NCBI GenBank assembly: GCA_030688365.1
Contig: JAUYIE010000018.1
Coordinates: 33,973-97,972, forward strand
Direction of reading: 5' to 3'
Length of the DNA stretch: 64,000 nucleotides
Source: a bacterium
Lineage (GTDB): Bacteria > Patescibacteriota > Patescibacteriia > JACQRZ01
The translations under genes and the position numbers were made by a program. Numbering within the stretch: position 1 is the stretch's first letter; each line of letters begins with the position of its first letter. Positions 28,339 to 39,500 of the stretch are shown piece by piece. Below the pieces are notes generated by a model. That model had not been told where the DNA came from, did no database searches, and was given only the letters and a program-made list of their open reading frames with translations.

Positions 28339-30408
28339 TTATTGCTTAGTAGCCAATGCTTCTACAATATTGCGTGGTACTTCCGCATAATGTTCAAACT
28401 CCATACTATAGCTTGCACGCCCTTGACTCATGGAACGGATTTGCGTGGCATAACCAAACATTTCTGCCAGTGGTACTAGTGCATCAATTACCTTAATACC
28501 ACCTCGCTCACTCATTTCTTTTATCTGTCCACGTTTTGCGTTTAAATCTCCAATCACATCTCCCATAAACTGTTCAGGTGTTACCACTTCCACGCTCATG
28601 ACTGGTTCAAGAAGTACGATGCCAGCCCTACGACATGCATCCTGCACCGCCATGGAACCCGCGATTTTAAATGCTGCTTCTGAAGAGTCAACATCGTGAT
28701 AGCTTCCATCATAGACCGTCACTTTTACATCAATGACCTGATACCCTGCCAACACACCGCGTGTCAGCGCTTCTTTTGCTCCTTTTTCTATAGGGTTGAT
28801 AAATTCTTTTGGAATCACACCGCCTTTTGTCTCATCAAAAAATTCAAAACCTTTTCCTTTTTCATTTGGTTCAACGCGAAGCCAACAGTGTCCATATTGC
28901 CCTCGACCACCTGATTGTTTGACATACTTCCCTTCAGCTTCCGCCATCTTTGTAATTGTTTCACGATACGCAACTTGTGGTTTACCGGTATTTGCTTCTA
29001 CTTTAAACTCTCGACGCATGCGATCAATAATAATATCAAGATGAAGTTCTCCCATTCCTGAAATGATGGTCTGAAGTGTTTCTTCATCGGTACGCACACG
29101 AAATGTCGGATCCTCTTCTGCCAATTTTGAAAGTGCAAGACCCATTTTTTCTTGATCAGCTTTTGTTTTTGGTTCCACAGCTACAGAAATCACTGGCTCT
29201 GGGAAACTAATCGCCTCAAATACTATCGGATGGTCGGAGTCACAGATCGTATGTCCGGTAAATGTAGTCTTGAATCCTACGGCTGCGGCTATATCTCCTG
29301 CATACACCTCATCTACCTCTTCGCGGTCATTTGCATACATACGCACAATACGTCCGATGCGTTCACGTTCACCAGTAGTGGAGTTCAAAATATATGATCC
29401 GGCTTTCATTGTTCCTGAATAGACACGGAAAAAACATAATTTTCCCACAAATGGATCAGTCGCGATCTTAAATGCAAGTCCAGAAAATGGTTCTTTGTCA
29501 TCTGCTTTTCGTGTGAGCTCTGTATCAGGATCGTCAGGAGAAAATCCTGTTACGGGAGGGATATCAAGTGGTGAAGGTAAATAATCATTGACCGCATCAA
29601 GTAAAAACTGTACTCCTTTATTTTTGAGTGCAGAACCAAGAAATACAGGGATAATATCTTGTGCTATTACTGCCTTTCTTAACACCAACTTTAATTGTTC
29701 CAATGGGATCTCTTCACCTGCCAAATAGCTATTCATAAGAGCTTCATCACCTTCGCTAATGGCTTCAATAATATCTTTGCGGTATTTCTCTACCTTTTCT
29801 TTCATGTCTTCTGGAATATCTGTTTCAGCTATTTTTGTTCCCAAATCATCTTCAAAAATATATGCTTTTTGTGTTAATAAATCCACAATTCCTTTAAAAT
29901 TATCTTCTATACCAATAGGCAACTGTAGTGGATATGCCCTCTTGGTCAACCGTTCGTGGATAGAATCAATGTCCTTATAAAAATCGGCACCAGTACGATC
30001 AAGTTTATTTACAAAACAAATACGTGGCACTTTGTATTTATCTGCCTGACGCCACACTGTTTCTGATTGAGGCTCCACGCCGGCGACACCATCAAATACA
30101 ACAACACCACCATCCAATACACGCAATGAACGTTGTACTTCTACGGTAAAATCAATATGACCCGGGGTGTCAATGATGTTGTAACGATGATCTTTCCAAA
30201 AACAAGTCGTTGCCGCGGCGGTGATAGTAATACCACGCTCTTGCTCTTGTTCCATCCAATCCATTGTGGCCTCACCTTCATGTACTTCACCAATTTTGTG
30301 CTTCTTTCCTGTATAAAACAAAATACGCTCGGTCACCGTCGTCTTACCCGCATCAATGTGAGCGATAATACCAAAGTTTCGTGTCTTTTCTAAAGAATAT
30401 TCGCGCAT
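28339..30408 (-). CDS. fusA: elongation factor G
   Basis: [41 protein letters not shown]. Confidence 0.99.
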   Translation of the reverse strand: MREYSLEKTRNFGIIAHIDAGKTTVTERILFYTGKKHKIGEVHEGEATMDWMEQEQERGITITAAATTCFWKDHRYNIIDTPGHIDFTVEVQRSLRVLDGGVVVFDGVAGVEPQSETVWRQADKYKVPRICFVNKLDRTGADFYKDIDSIHERLTKRAYPLQLPIGIEDNFKGIVDLLTQKAYIFEDDLGTKIAETDIPEDMKEKVEKYRKDIIEAISEGDEALMNSYLAGEEIPLEQLKLVLRKAVIAQDIIPVFLGSALKNKGVQFLLDAVNDYLPSPLDIPPVTGFSPDDPDTELTRKADDKEPFSGLAFKIATDPFVGKLCFFRVYSGTMKAGSYILNSTTGERERIGRIVRMYANDREEVDEVYAGDIAAAVGFKTTFTGHTICDSDHPIVFEAISFPEPVISVAVEPKTKADQEKMGLALSKLAEEDPTFRVRTDEETLQTIISGMGELHLDIIIDRMRREFKVEANTGKPQVAYRETITKMAEAEGKYVKQSGGRGQYGHCWLRVEPNEKGKGFEFFDETKGGVIPKEFINPIEKGAKEALTRGVLAGYQVIDVKVTVYDGSYHDVDSSEAAFKIAGSMAVQDACRRAGIVLLEPVMSVEVVTPEQFMGDVIGDLNAKRGQIKEMSERGGIKVIDALVPLAEMFGYATQIRSMSQGRASYSMEFEHYAEVPRNIVEALATKQ

Positions 30409-30447
30409 AAAAAACGTAAATGATAAAAAAGGAAAAACGCGCCTGAT

Positions 30448-30936
30448 TTAGGCGCGGCGTCGTGATGCAAAACGAGCAAAGTGTGCAAATGCACGATTTG
30501 CTTCTGCCATACGATGAACATCCATCTTCTTTTTCATAGCATTGCCTTCTTTTTCTAGAGCCAACATCAACTCTTCTGCTAGTTTTTCATACATTGGCTT
30601 ACCTTTACGAGCTCGTGCAGCGCCAAGGATCCAACGAAATGCAAGTGCATATTTGCGCTCCCCGCGCACAGGAAACGGTACCTGATAGTTCGCACCGCCA
30701 ACACGACGACCACGTACTTCAATAGCCGGCATGACATTTTTTAATGCCTCATCAAATACTTCCAGTGGTTCTTTTTGTGTCTTTGCTTTTATAATATCAA
30801 ACGCGTCGTATACCACCTTTTGAGCAACTGACTTTTTCCCGTCATACATGACGTAGTTTATAAATCGAGCCAATGTCGCATCGCGATATTTTGGATCAGG
30901 GATATATTCTCGTTTTGGAGCTTGTTTTCCACGCAT
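30448..30936 (-). CDS. rpsG: 30S ribosomal protein S7
   Basis: [23 protein letters not shown]. Confidence 0.98.
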   Translation of the reverse strand: MRGKQAPKREYIPDPKYRDATLARFINYVMYDGKKSVAQKVVYDAFDIIKAKTQKEPLEVFDEALKNVMPAIEVRGRRVGGANYQVPFPVRGERKYALAFRWILGAARARKGKPMYEKLAEELMLALEKEGNAMKKKMDVHRMAEANRAFAHFARFASRRRA

Positions 30937-30941
30937 ACAGG

Positions 30942-31361
30942 TTAGCTGGTTTTCTTAGGACGCTTCGCACCATACAGTGAGCGAGCTTGACGACGGGTCG
31001 CGACACCAGATGTATCAAACACACCACGAACGATATGGTATCGAACACCGGGAAGGTCTTTTACTCTACCTCCACGGATCAATACGACCGAGTGTTCCTG
31101 AAGGTTATGACCAATACCGGGGATATATGCAGTAACTTCCATACTATTTGAAAGGCGTACACGAGCAATCTTACGCAAAGCAGAGTTTGGCTTTTTTGGT
31201 GTCGTCGTAGTCACTTTGGTACACACTCCGCGTTTAAACGGGCTGGAAAGCTGACTTTTTGTACGACGAAGACTATTCAGTGTTACCTGCATAGCGGGAG
31301 ATTTTGATTTTGTTGTCAGTTTTGTACGCGGTTGGCGTAACAACTGATTAATCGTAGGCAT
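30942..31361 (-). CDS. rpsL: 30S ribosomal protein S12
   Basis: [29 protein letters not shown]. Confidence 0.99.
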   Translation of the reverse strand: MPTINQLLRQPRTKLTTKSKSPAMQVTLNSLRRTKSQLSSPFKRGVCTKVTTTTPKKPNSALRKIARVRLSNSMEVTAYIPGIGHNLQEHSVVLIRGGRVKDLPGVRYHIVRGVFDTSGVATRRQARSLYGAKRPKKTS

Positions 31362-31430
31362 TGTGGAAAAAAGTAGTAATAAAAAAGCCTTTTTAAAAGG
31401 TTTTTTGATCCTTTATCTATAAGTACTAGT

Positions 31431-31459
31431 ATTCTACGGGCGTTTTTGAAAACTGTCAA
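31431..31459 (-). promoter_or_regulatory. sigma70 promoter of the str/S10/spc superoperon
   Basis: TTGACA-17 bp-TAGAAT on the minus strand about 70 nt upstream of the rpsL start. Confidence 0.75.
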
Positions 31460-31497
31460 TATGATAAGGGAAATAAAGGAAGTTGGCAAGAGGACCC

Positions 31498-32139
31498 TTA
31501 TATCGCCGGTACACCCAGCCAGTGCAAGATCAAAATAAGTACAAAATTTATGGCAATAGAAATAGGACCATAAAACAACAATAACAAAGCAAGGACGAAA
31601 AACGGTGCATACCGTTCAACGATGAATTGCTGTTTGGGAGACAAAAATGACGACCAAATACGTGAACCGTCCAAAGGGGGCACAGGAACGAGGTTAAACA
31701 ACGCTAAAACAAAGTTTATCACTATGCATTGGAACAAAAACAACAAGAGTAAATTTGTGGACGGTAAAAATGGATAGACGATTTTCAGTATGATTGCCGC
31801 GACTAGACCTAATATAATGTTTGATATAGGACCAGCAACTGCCGAAAGGAGTCCCCCCCATTTTGGATTACGCATGGCAAACGGATTGACTGGCACTGGT
31901 TTTGCCCATCCGAATACGAACGGCGAGGAGAGTAATATAAGTACTCCCGGTACAACGATACTCCCATACAAATCAAGATGCCGAATTGGATTGAGGGTCA
32001 ATCTGCCGGCGTTTTTTGCCGTATGATCACCCAAAAAATATGCCGAAAGCCCATGAGAAAACTCATGCACGGTTAAGGACATCAAAATGACTATTGCTGT
32101 CAGAATATATGGTAATAGAGGAGCTATTGCTTGTTCCAT
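31498..32139 (-). CDS. site-2 protease (M50 family)
   Basis: HEFSH zinc motif, FGWAKPVP, AGP, FNLVPVPPLDG. Confidence 0.93.
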   Translation of the reverse strand: MEQAIAPLLPYILTAIVILMSLTVHEFSHGLSAYFLGDHTAKNAGRLTLNPIRHLDLYGSIVVPGVLILLSSPFVFGWAKPVPVNPFAMRNPKWGGLLSAVAGPISNIILGLVAAIILKIVYPFLPSTNLLLLFLFQCIVINFVLALFNLVPVPPLDGSRIWSSFLSPKQQFIVERYAPFFVLALLLLFYGPISIAINFVLILILHWLGVPAI

Positions 32140-32190
32140 AGAAGTATGGTAGAGTGAAACAACTGTTTTTAGCTATTAAATTCAAAAAAT

Positions 32191-32385
32191 ATGCCTCGTG
32201 ATTGTATGGTCTGTTCGCGCACACCCCTCAAAGCATCTAGTAGAAGTCATTCTAATATAAAAACACTGCGAAAGCAATATCTTAACATGCAATCAAAGTG
32301 GATTGCTGGCATGCGTGTTGCACTTTGTACAAAGTGTATCAAAACCGCAAAGACAAAAGAATTACTTCCATCAACAGCAAAGTAA
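32191..32385 (+). CDS. rpmB: 50S ribosomal protein L28 (Zn-type)
   Basis: CMVC...RSHSNIKTLRKQYLNMQ...CTKCIK. Confidence 0.9.
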   Translation: MPRDCMVCSRTPLKASSRSHSNIKTLRKQYLNMQSKWIAGMRVALCTKCIKTAKTKELLPSTAK

Positions 32386-32386
32386 C

Positions 32387-32432
32387 AAAAAAGACCCTCT
32401 ACGCCAGCAGGCATACCGAGAGGTCTTTTTTT
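32387..32432 (+). terminator. intrinsic terminator after rpmB
   Basis: AAAAAAGACC...GGTCTTTTTT. Confidence 0.7.
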
Positions 32433-32522
32433 GATTAAAAATTTAAAAAAATATTTTAATATTGCTTTTTTATAAAAACTATTATACACATACAGAATAG
32501 TAATTTTAGGGAGGAACTACAC

Positions 32523-32795
32523 ATGAATGAAGAATTAAAGATAGGATTTCACCAAATCAAACTATCTGATTATATAAAAGGAATATGGCGTGAAATCCAA
32601 AGACTAGCTATTAATGAATTTCCAGCCATTGCAGAGGATATACTAGCGGATACTTATACTGATACCTATCTACACGATGGTGGATCATTAACTATCTACA
32701 TTGATGTAGATAAAGCAGATGAAGGAATAGATGAAGGGATAAATGAGTATATTCTCATGGTACCTGCCAGACATTGGGGGTGGAAAGACGATTAA
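32523..32795 (+). CDS. small acidic hypothetical protein
   Basis: 90-aa ORF with GGGAGG RBS, AT-rich. Confidence 0.65.
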   Translation: MNEELKIGFHQIKLSDYIKGIWREIQRLAINEFPAIAEDILADTYTDTYLHDGGSLTIYIDVDKADEGIDEGINEYILMVPARHWGWKDD

Positions 32796-32911
32796 AAAAG
32801 TAAATAATCTATCAAATTTTTGCACGTTTTTTAAAAAAACGTGTATTTATTTTTCTTGCCGTAAGACCATAAATATGGTAAAAATAAATTTAATATTATT
32901 ATTTCCACACT

Positions 32912-33451
32912 ATGAAATTTCTCCGAGACATTTTAGTGATTGACATAGAAGCGACTGACGCTGATACACATACCGCTGACCCAATACAGCTTGGCGCGAT
33001 ATTGTTGGACAAGGAAACGCTGGAAGAAAAGGGTGTATTTGTTTCTTATATCACAACACCAAAAGCATCAAGTGAAGAAGCATATCAGATCCACCACATT
33101 TCCGCCGATGATCTGAAAGGAGCCCCTTCACAATCCGAAGTCGCCGAGACACTTATCAAAAGATTTAGTACTGACGTCATCTTGAGTTCGTGGGTCCAAT
33201 CTTTGGACAACGCCATGCTCACAAAAATGTTTAAAACATCTGGCTATGAAAAATTACCCTATGACCATCACTATCTCGATCTGTGGCCGATAGCATATGC
33301 ACATCTCGTCAAACAAGGATACGAAGGATCAATGGGCTCAACTAGTATGTTTGATGCGTTTGACCTCTCTCCTCGCGAGAAACATGATGCCCTAGATGAC
33401 TGCCGACGCGCAGCAGAAATATTAAAAATAATCATGGATATACAATCGTAA
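32912..33451 (+). CDS. DEDDh 3'-5' exonuclease (DnaQ-like)
   Basis: VIDIEAT (Exo I), IHHIS, SLD, HDALDD (Exo III). Confidence 0.9.
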   Translation: MKFLRDILVIDIEATDADTHTADPIQLGAILLDKETLEEKGVFVSYITTPKASSEEAYQIHHISADDLKGAPSQSEVAETLIKRFSTDVILSSWVQSLDNAMLTKMFKTSGYEKLPYDHHYLDLWPIAYAHLVKQGYEGSMGSTSMFDAFDLSPREKHDALDDCRRAAEILKIIMDIQS

Positions 33452-33474
33452 AGGAGTAAATAAAAGCGCACAAC

Positions 33475-33506
33475 AAACCCCGACCAAGTAATCGGGGTTT
33501 TTGTTT
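33475..33506. terminator. terminator between the convergent exonuclease and giant surface protein genes
   Basis: AAACCCCGA...TCGGGGTTT with T-tails on both strands. Confidence 0.7.
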
Positions 33507-33556
33507 GCGAACTGTATACCGCACGACCTGCATCCGTGAGAGTAAGATGCAACGAG

Positions 33557-36500
33557 TTATCGGATCGCTCCTGAATATGCAATGGCGCGTACGACATCCC
33601 ATTCTGCAGCGCTTACCGGTACTTTTTTGTATATAGCACGGAAGCTCTTTATGGCAGCCGCTTCTGACTTCAGGTTACGCTTATCGCTACGTAGCCCGTA
33701 TGCCATGACAGCAATCGCCGCTTGATCATGAGGATTGGAAAGATCAGCATCTCTCAAGTATACTTTCTTAAATGAACCGATAACCGCCTTTTCACGCTTT
33801 GCATTGAGCGTACCAGGCCAGCGACCGTTTGCGATCTTGATGACATCTTCCCAATCACCGCTTGAAGTTGGAACATATCCAAATGCTGCTTCAAAACTAT
33901 TCACGACACCTGCACGTTCCCCTGCACCCAGTACGACAGTTGTGGGTGTGCCGTATGTTACAAAGTTTAACACTTGAGCTTTTGTAGCTGCTGGTGTCAG
34001 TGAAGACACAACGCGCGCGACAATCGTTGATTCATATTTTTTCTCCATACCAATATCTCTTTTTTGTCCAACATCACTGGCAAGAGTCGCAACGTCGTTC
34101 ATTTTAACTTTTTCCGCTTCTGCTTTTATCTTCGCCACTTGTTGAGCTCGCGCATCTGCGACACTCAAAGTTGGACTCGTGGTAACTGTCGTATCGGTCG
34201 TAACGGTATTCTCAGTTGTAGTCGTGTTATCGGTCGTGGTCGTATCTGTCGTGGTTGAAGTGGTGGCAGTTGAAGATGATGAAGACGAAGGACCTGAGAC
34301 AATTACTCCTCCACTTGAGGATGCGGCGGCGGCTATCGTGACAGATGATGCGCTACTTGCTGCTGATTCTTGATCAGAAGCATTCACAGCGCTTACTTTA
34401 TAGTAGTAGGTAGTGCTTGCACTCAAGCCAGTCGCAGTATAGGAAGTAGTGGTTGGTGATGCCAAGAGCGGAAATGAGGAATTATCCGTTGATTGATAAA
34501 TATTGTATGTGCTCGCTCCATCTACTGCTGTCCATGTCAAACGTGCTGTAGACCCTGTACCTGCATCAGTAACGGTCAGACCAGTCGGAGTGGAAGGTGC
34601 GCCATCTGCCGGCATCAACGGTGCGAAATCCGAAAAGTGAGCAACTGTAGCAGTTAATGTATTGTTATCTGTATCAACGGTCGTCGTCAATGTATCGTAC
34701 GCCTGCGTAGCATCATTCCATGTGCCAATCACCAAGTTGGCTTCAGAGGATCCTGCAGGAATATCAGCTTCGTCATACGGGATCACAATAGTAACACTGT
34801 CATTCAAGCTAGAAAGCTTTTGTCCTGATGAATCCACTGCGGTAATCGTAACTGCATTTTTTGACAGAATACTACCACGTGGCGGTGTTGGCATAGCAGT
34901 GTTGATCTTTGTTGTAACAGTCGCCGCATTAGATCCTGTACCCAGTGCGTTTGCGGGAATATTCAATTTGAAGTTATCACCAATATCACTGTTGGTAAAA
35001 AATCCTCCGGAAGTCGGTGTCACTGTTTCTGGTCGTTCCGGTTTTACCACAAAGTTTGGAATTGCAGTGAGAGACATATCTTGACTTGATACACTACTAC
35101 CTCCCACAATAACTGACATCGGACCACCTTCGTATCCTGGTGCATGCGCTCGAACACTCCATGTTCCCGTATCAACTGCCAATGAATATGCACCCGCAGA
35201 ATCAGTCTGTGCTACAGAATACCCTCCAAGACCATCATTAGCATCCACAAAAGCATTGGAAACACCAGATCCAGAGATGCTAATAGTACCGGTAATCGTT
35301 TTTGAGGCGGTGGTTAATGCAATAGTGCCCACTGCTGTTGCAGCCGTAACTGCAACAGCACTTTCAGCGGGAGACCGATACCCTGGTTTATCTACACGTA
35401 GATTATAAATACCGGCCGGCACGCTGACAGAAAACGTTCCATTTGATGCTGTTTGAGATCCGAGTGCAATGACATTTGTCGTACCTGTCGCTGCTCCTGT
35501 CAACGATACCCATGCACCAGAAAGATTTGATCCATCCCCAGTCACTGTACCCGTAACTGCAAATATCGCTCCTGCTGCTGCAGTATGAGTGATGGTACGT
35601 GTTGTATTTACACCTGTTGTTTCACCAATCTTTCCATAGGCAGGGTGTCCCACGCGAACAGTGTAGGTTCCTGGTGGTACATTCACTGTATAGACAGCAT
35701 TGGCTCCGGACGTTGTACTAACATTAGTGAAGTTACCGCGTCCATTTGAATCACGTACATCAACACCGGCATTAGTAACCGGATTAGTCCCGTCTGTTAC
35801 ATTGATTGTGAGAGTTATCGGCGCGCCAAGTGTACAATCCTGACCTGAAGTTGTTGTATCTGCGGCAACAGCGACACTCGTGAGTGGTGTCCCTTCTCCC
35901 ACGCCAGGGAAGAAACACTTCACCGTATATGTACCGGCAGGTACTTTCACTGTATATGTTCCATCAGTAGCGGTAATTGTCATATTTCCACTTGTTCCAT
36001 CAGCGGTTTCAGCTCGAACCATAACTCCTTGTTGTGCAGTCCCTCCTTTAGTCACTGTTCCTCTAATCGATCCCATAGATAATGTTTCTGCAGAAAAATC
36101 TTGCCCCGTCGCATTACTTGAGCTAATAACAATCGTCTTGGTACCAAGACGACCAAAACCAGGAGCAAACGCTTCTACCACCCATGTTCCCGCGCTCACA
36201 TAGAGAGTATATGCACCATTTGCATCAGTCGGACCACCTACAAAGTTTGAAGAATCTCCTCCTACGGCAGTGGTATCAGCACTGGATGTCACTTTTCTTC
36301 CAGAAACACCCGCATAGGGGATCGCATTACCTGCGTCGTCTTTGATCGTACCACTGATAGTGAGTGATGTTGTTCCAGCGCTCAATCTAAAAGTAAGACT
36401 TGAAGGGGTATTGGATGCGGCACCAACCGTAATCTGCTTATCTGGTACAGGAGGCATACCGGGTTTAAACACACCACATAAATAAACACCTTGGGTTACA

Positions 36501-39500
36501 TTCACGGTAAACGTACCTGTTGTCGTGGTTTGTGTGCCAGTTCCAAAACCATCTGCCATACCGGTCGTAGATGCTGCTACAGGACGACAAAATATATTTG
36601 CAGTGGATACACCCGTACCATTGGAATCTAAAACAAAACCAGTAATTGTTTTATTTGCCGTTGTTAAAGTAAATGCAAGACCTGTAACTGTTTCTTCCGT
36701 AACACTAGCAGATGCTACATTTACTTGAACATTTGCCGGAGGCATAAAAGTAAAGTCTGGTGGTGGTGATGGTGGTGCGCCTGGTGTCATAAATTGTTCT
36801 GGTACTGATGGTCCCACGCCGACATTATATGTTTCATTTGCTGATACAGGTAACGAATATGCATCCGCTCCACCAGAAAGTGTGATGGTCTTTTTTGTAA
36901 AACCATTTGGCGATGAAGCGAAGACATCGATAATTGTACCATTTGTTCCTGTCACCGTTCCTGAAATCGTAATAGCTGCAGCGCTACTCAATGCAAAGTT
37001 TTTTACTGTATTTGCGCTTATAATAATAGGTTGAGGTGCAGAGTTAAACGCCACGTCAATATTTGTATTTGGTTTAATACCCACCATATAATCCCCATCA
37101 GCGAGATTGCTAAAGGTAGCAACACCATCAACCACATCATTTGCAGTCGTCGCTTCTTTACCGCCGGTAGCTGGGCTAAACAAGAAAGCAGTTACGTCAT
37201 TGATTCCTTCCCCGGCATCATTATTTCCATCTGTATTTGCATCCTTAAATACATTTACCGTCAGAGTACGTGATCCTGTCGCACCCAAGAAAAATGGAGA
37301 CGAAGTTTTACTTTCTAAAATAGACCTATAATTATCGGCGGTATCTCTTGTCGAGACCCCAACAGTATAACCAGATGAAGACGGAACAGTTGAATTGACA
37401 ATACCTGTCAAATCAACGCATACAAACGCATTTGCAGAAGTTGCCGCACCTGCTGTATTGATAGTTACTGTTCCTGCATCTGCGTCACCTGCTACTGCCC
37501 CCAACGTAACAGTACCTGTCATTGGTCCGTTTATATCACTGTTACAAAAACTTGCAGTACCTGCCGTCGCTTTACCGACATTGGTGACGTCAAATCCCGC
37601 AGGAAATGTAAGTACGATCTGACCGAGTACGGGAATAGATGTCGTGGCCAGAAATTCAAGCTTATAGTTACTTGTCGCGCCTGCTGAACGTACCATTGGG
37701 GTTACGCGTGTCGGATTCATACCCTGCATACCCGGATCCATCGCCGGCCCGTTTCCAGGACCAAGTTGTCCGCCGGTAGTATCAGAATCTTGCACTGTAC
37801 CGTATGCCACATTATTGGGTGGTGTACCGGTAGTGTCTATACTATTATTTGCCAAATCTTGTACCGCTGGAGTGACCGTGACTTTGAACGTACTGCTATT
37901 TTGTAGAGCGAGACCAGTAATATTTGCCGTCTTTGTTTCACCATCATATGTGACTGTCTTTCCAGAAAGTGAAGCTGATGTACCCACCGGACTCTCTAAC
38001 GCATAGTTTGCGATGTTATCAGCCGCGTTAGGACCACCGCCTGATTTTACTTGTTCAGAGAAAGTAATTGCAACACCGAAGTTATCGGCACCCGAAAACG
38101 TCACTTTTGGAGCAGTACTATCCGTCGTATTATTGGTCGTAAAGGTGGAAGTATAATCATTTGCAGGTGTTGCCGCGCCCAACTGGAGTCCCGCTACACT
38201 TTTAACACCACTGGATCCCGCTAGAGCACGAATACGATACTCTGTGCTCCCGAGAAGTTGTGCTGCAGGCGTAAAGTTTGCTGAACGACTTCCTGGATTA
38301 TAGGTAACCGCACCGGTGATATAACTATCATCTGACGTTTTTTGAAGTTTAATTGTGGAGGTAGTAATCGTAGATGGATCTATGTCTTTTGAAAATCCAA
38401 TACTGATGGACGACGAACGACTTACTCCTGTCGCGCTATTCGTAGGAGAAGTACCTAAGACTGTTGGCGCAGTCGCATCTACTGCACCGGCTGTACGAAA
38501 CGATAGAAAGAAATCAGCAGATGGCGTATCGGTTGTACTGTAAGCGGAAGAAAGTACTTTGGCAACATAGCCAGTATTTACTGCCAGTGCGCTTGCTGGG
38601 GTTATGGTTACTGTTTTTGTTGCAGAATCATACGTATTGGTTGCCGAAACTGCCGCACCAGGTGCACCATAATTATCTAAAAATAATCCAACATTAGCAG
38701 GATTGGTTACCGAATTGGTTCCACTTGAACCGCCTGAAACTGACATATCAACTGAAAACGTAATTTTCACAACACCATTTGGTGGAAACTGTTGATTGCC
38801 GCCTTGTGGAATAGAAGACTGCACAAACGGCGGAGTGGTATTCGTCCCACTAACTGCCCCTGTTGAAAACGTTACAACTGCATTACTTGCCAAGGCATTT
38901 CCAGCCAAGTCTGTAACTGATGTTGTCGCAGTAAGCGTGTAACTACTGGAAATAGTTAACGGTGATGATGAATTATCTAAACGCAACGCAGTGTGGGAAA
39001 CACCTGTCGCAGGAGACGTCACCATATGAAATGCATATGATCCGTTATTTGCAGCATTTGCGGTGGTTGATGCAAAGAGCATGTCACCAAAAGTAAAGGC
39101 AGTCACCTCATCTGTTGCAAGTCCTTGTGCTGCTGGCGTCAACTTACTCATTTGACTACTGTCTTCAACTAAAGAAGAGGCCGCATCAGTTCCATCAAGA
39201 ACAGCGGTACTTTCTCCAAAACCCTCCACAGATGACAAACCTCCTGCCGTTGTCACCAAATGCCATCCATAACTTCCGCCAGCTAGTTGAACAAATACCA
39301 AATCACCTTGTGACACTGCCAGCGTACCCCCACCAGTTACCCCGTTATCGGTCGCTGTTGCATCCATTGCCATACTGCTGACACGAGATCCAGAAACAAG
39401 AGACGGAACTGCCTCATCACCATCAAAACGAAGTGCTTCATCATCAACCGTAGTCCCGGCGGTCACCATATGCCATGCATATCTATCAGAACTATTAGCA

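Noticed and set aside
17424-30393. Many 60-177 aa plus-strand ORFs opposite the ribosomal genes
   Set aside because: Antisense shadows of highly conserved genes with no recognisable motifs.
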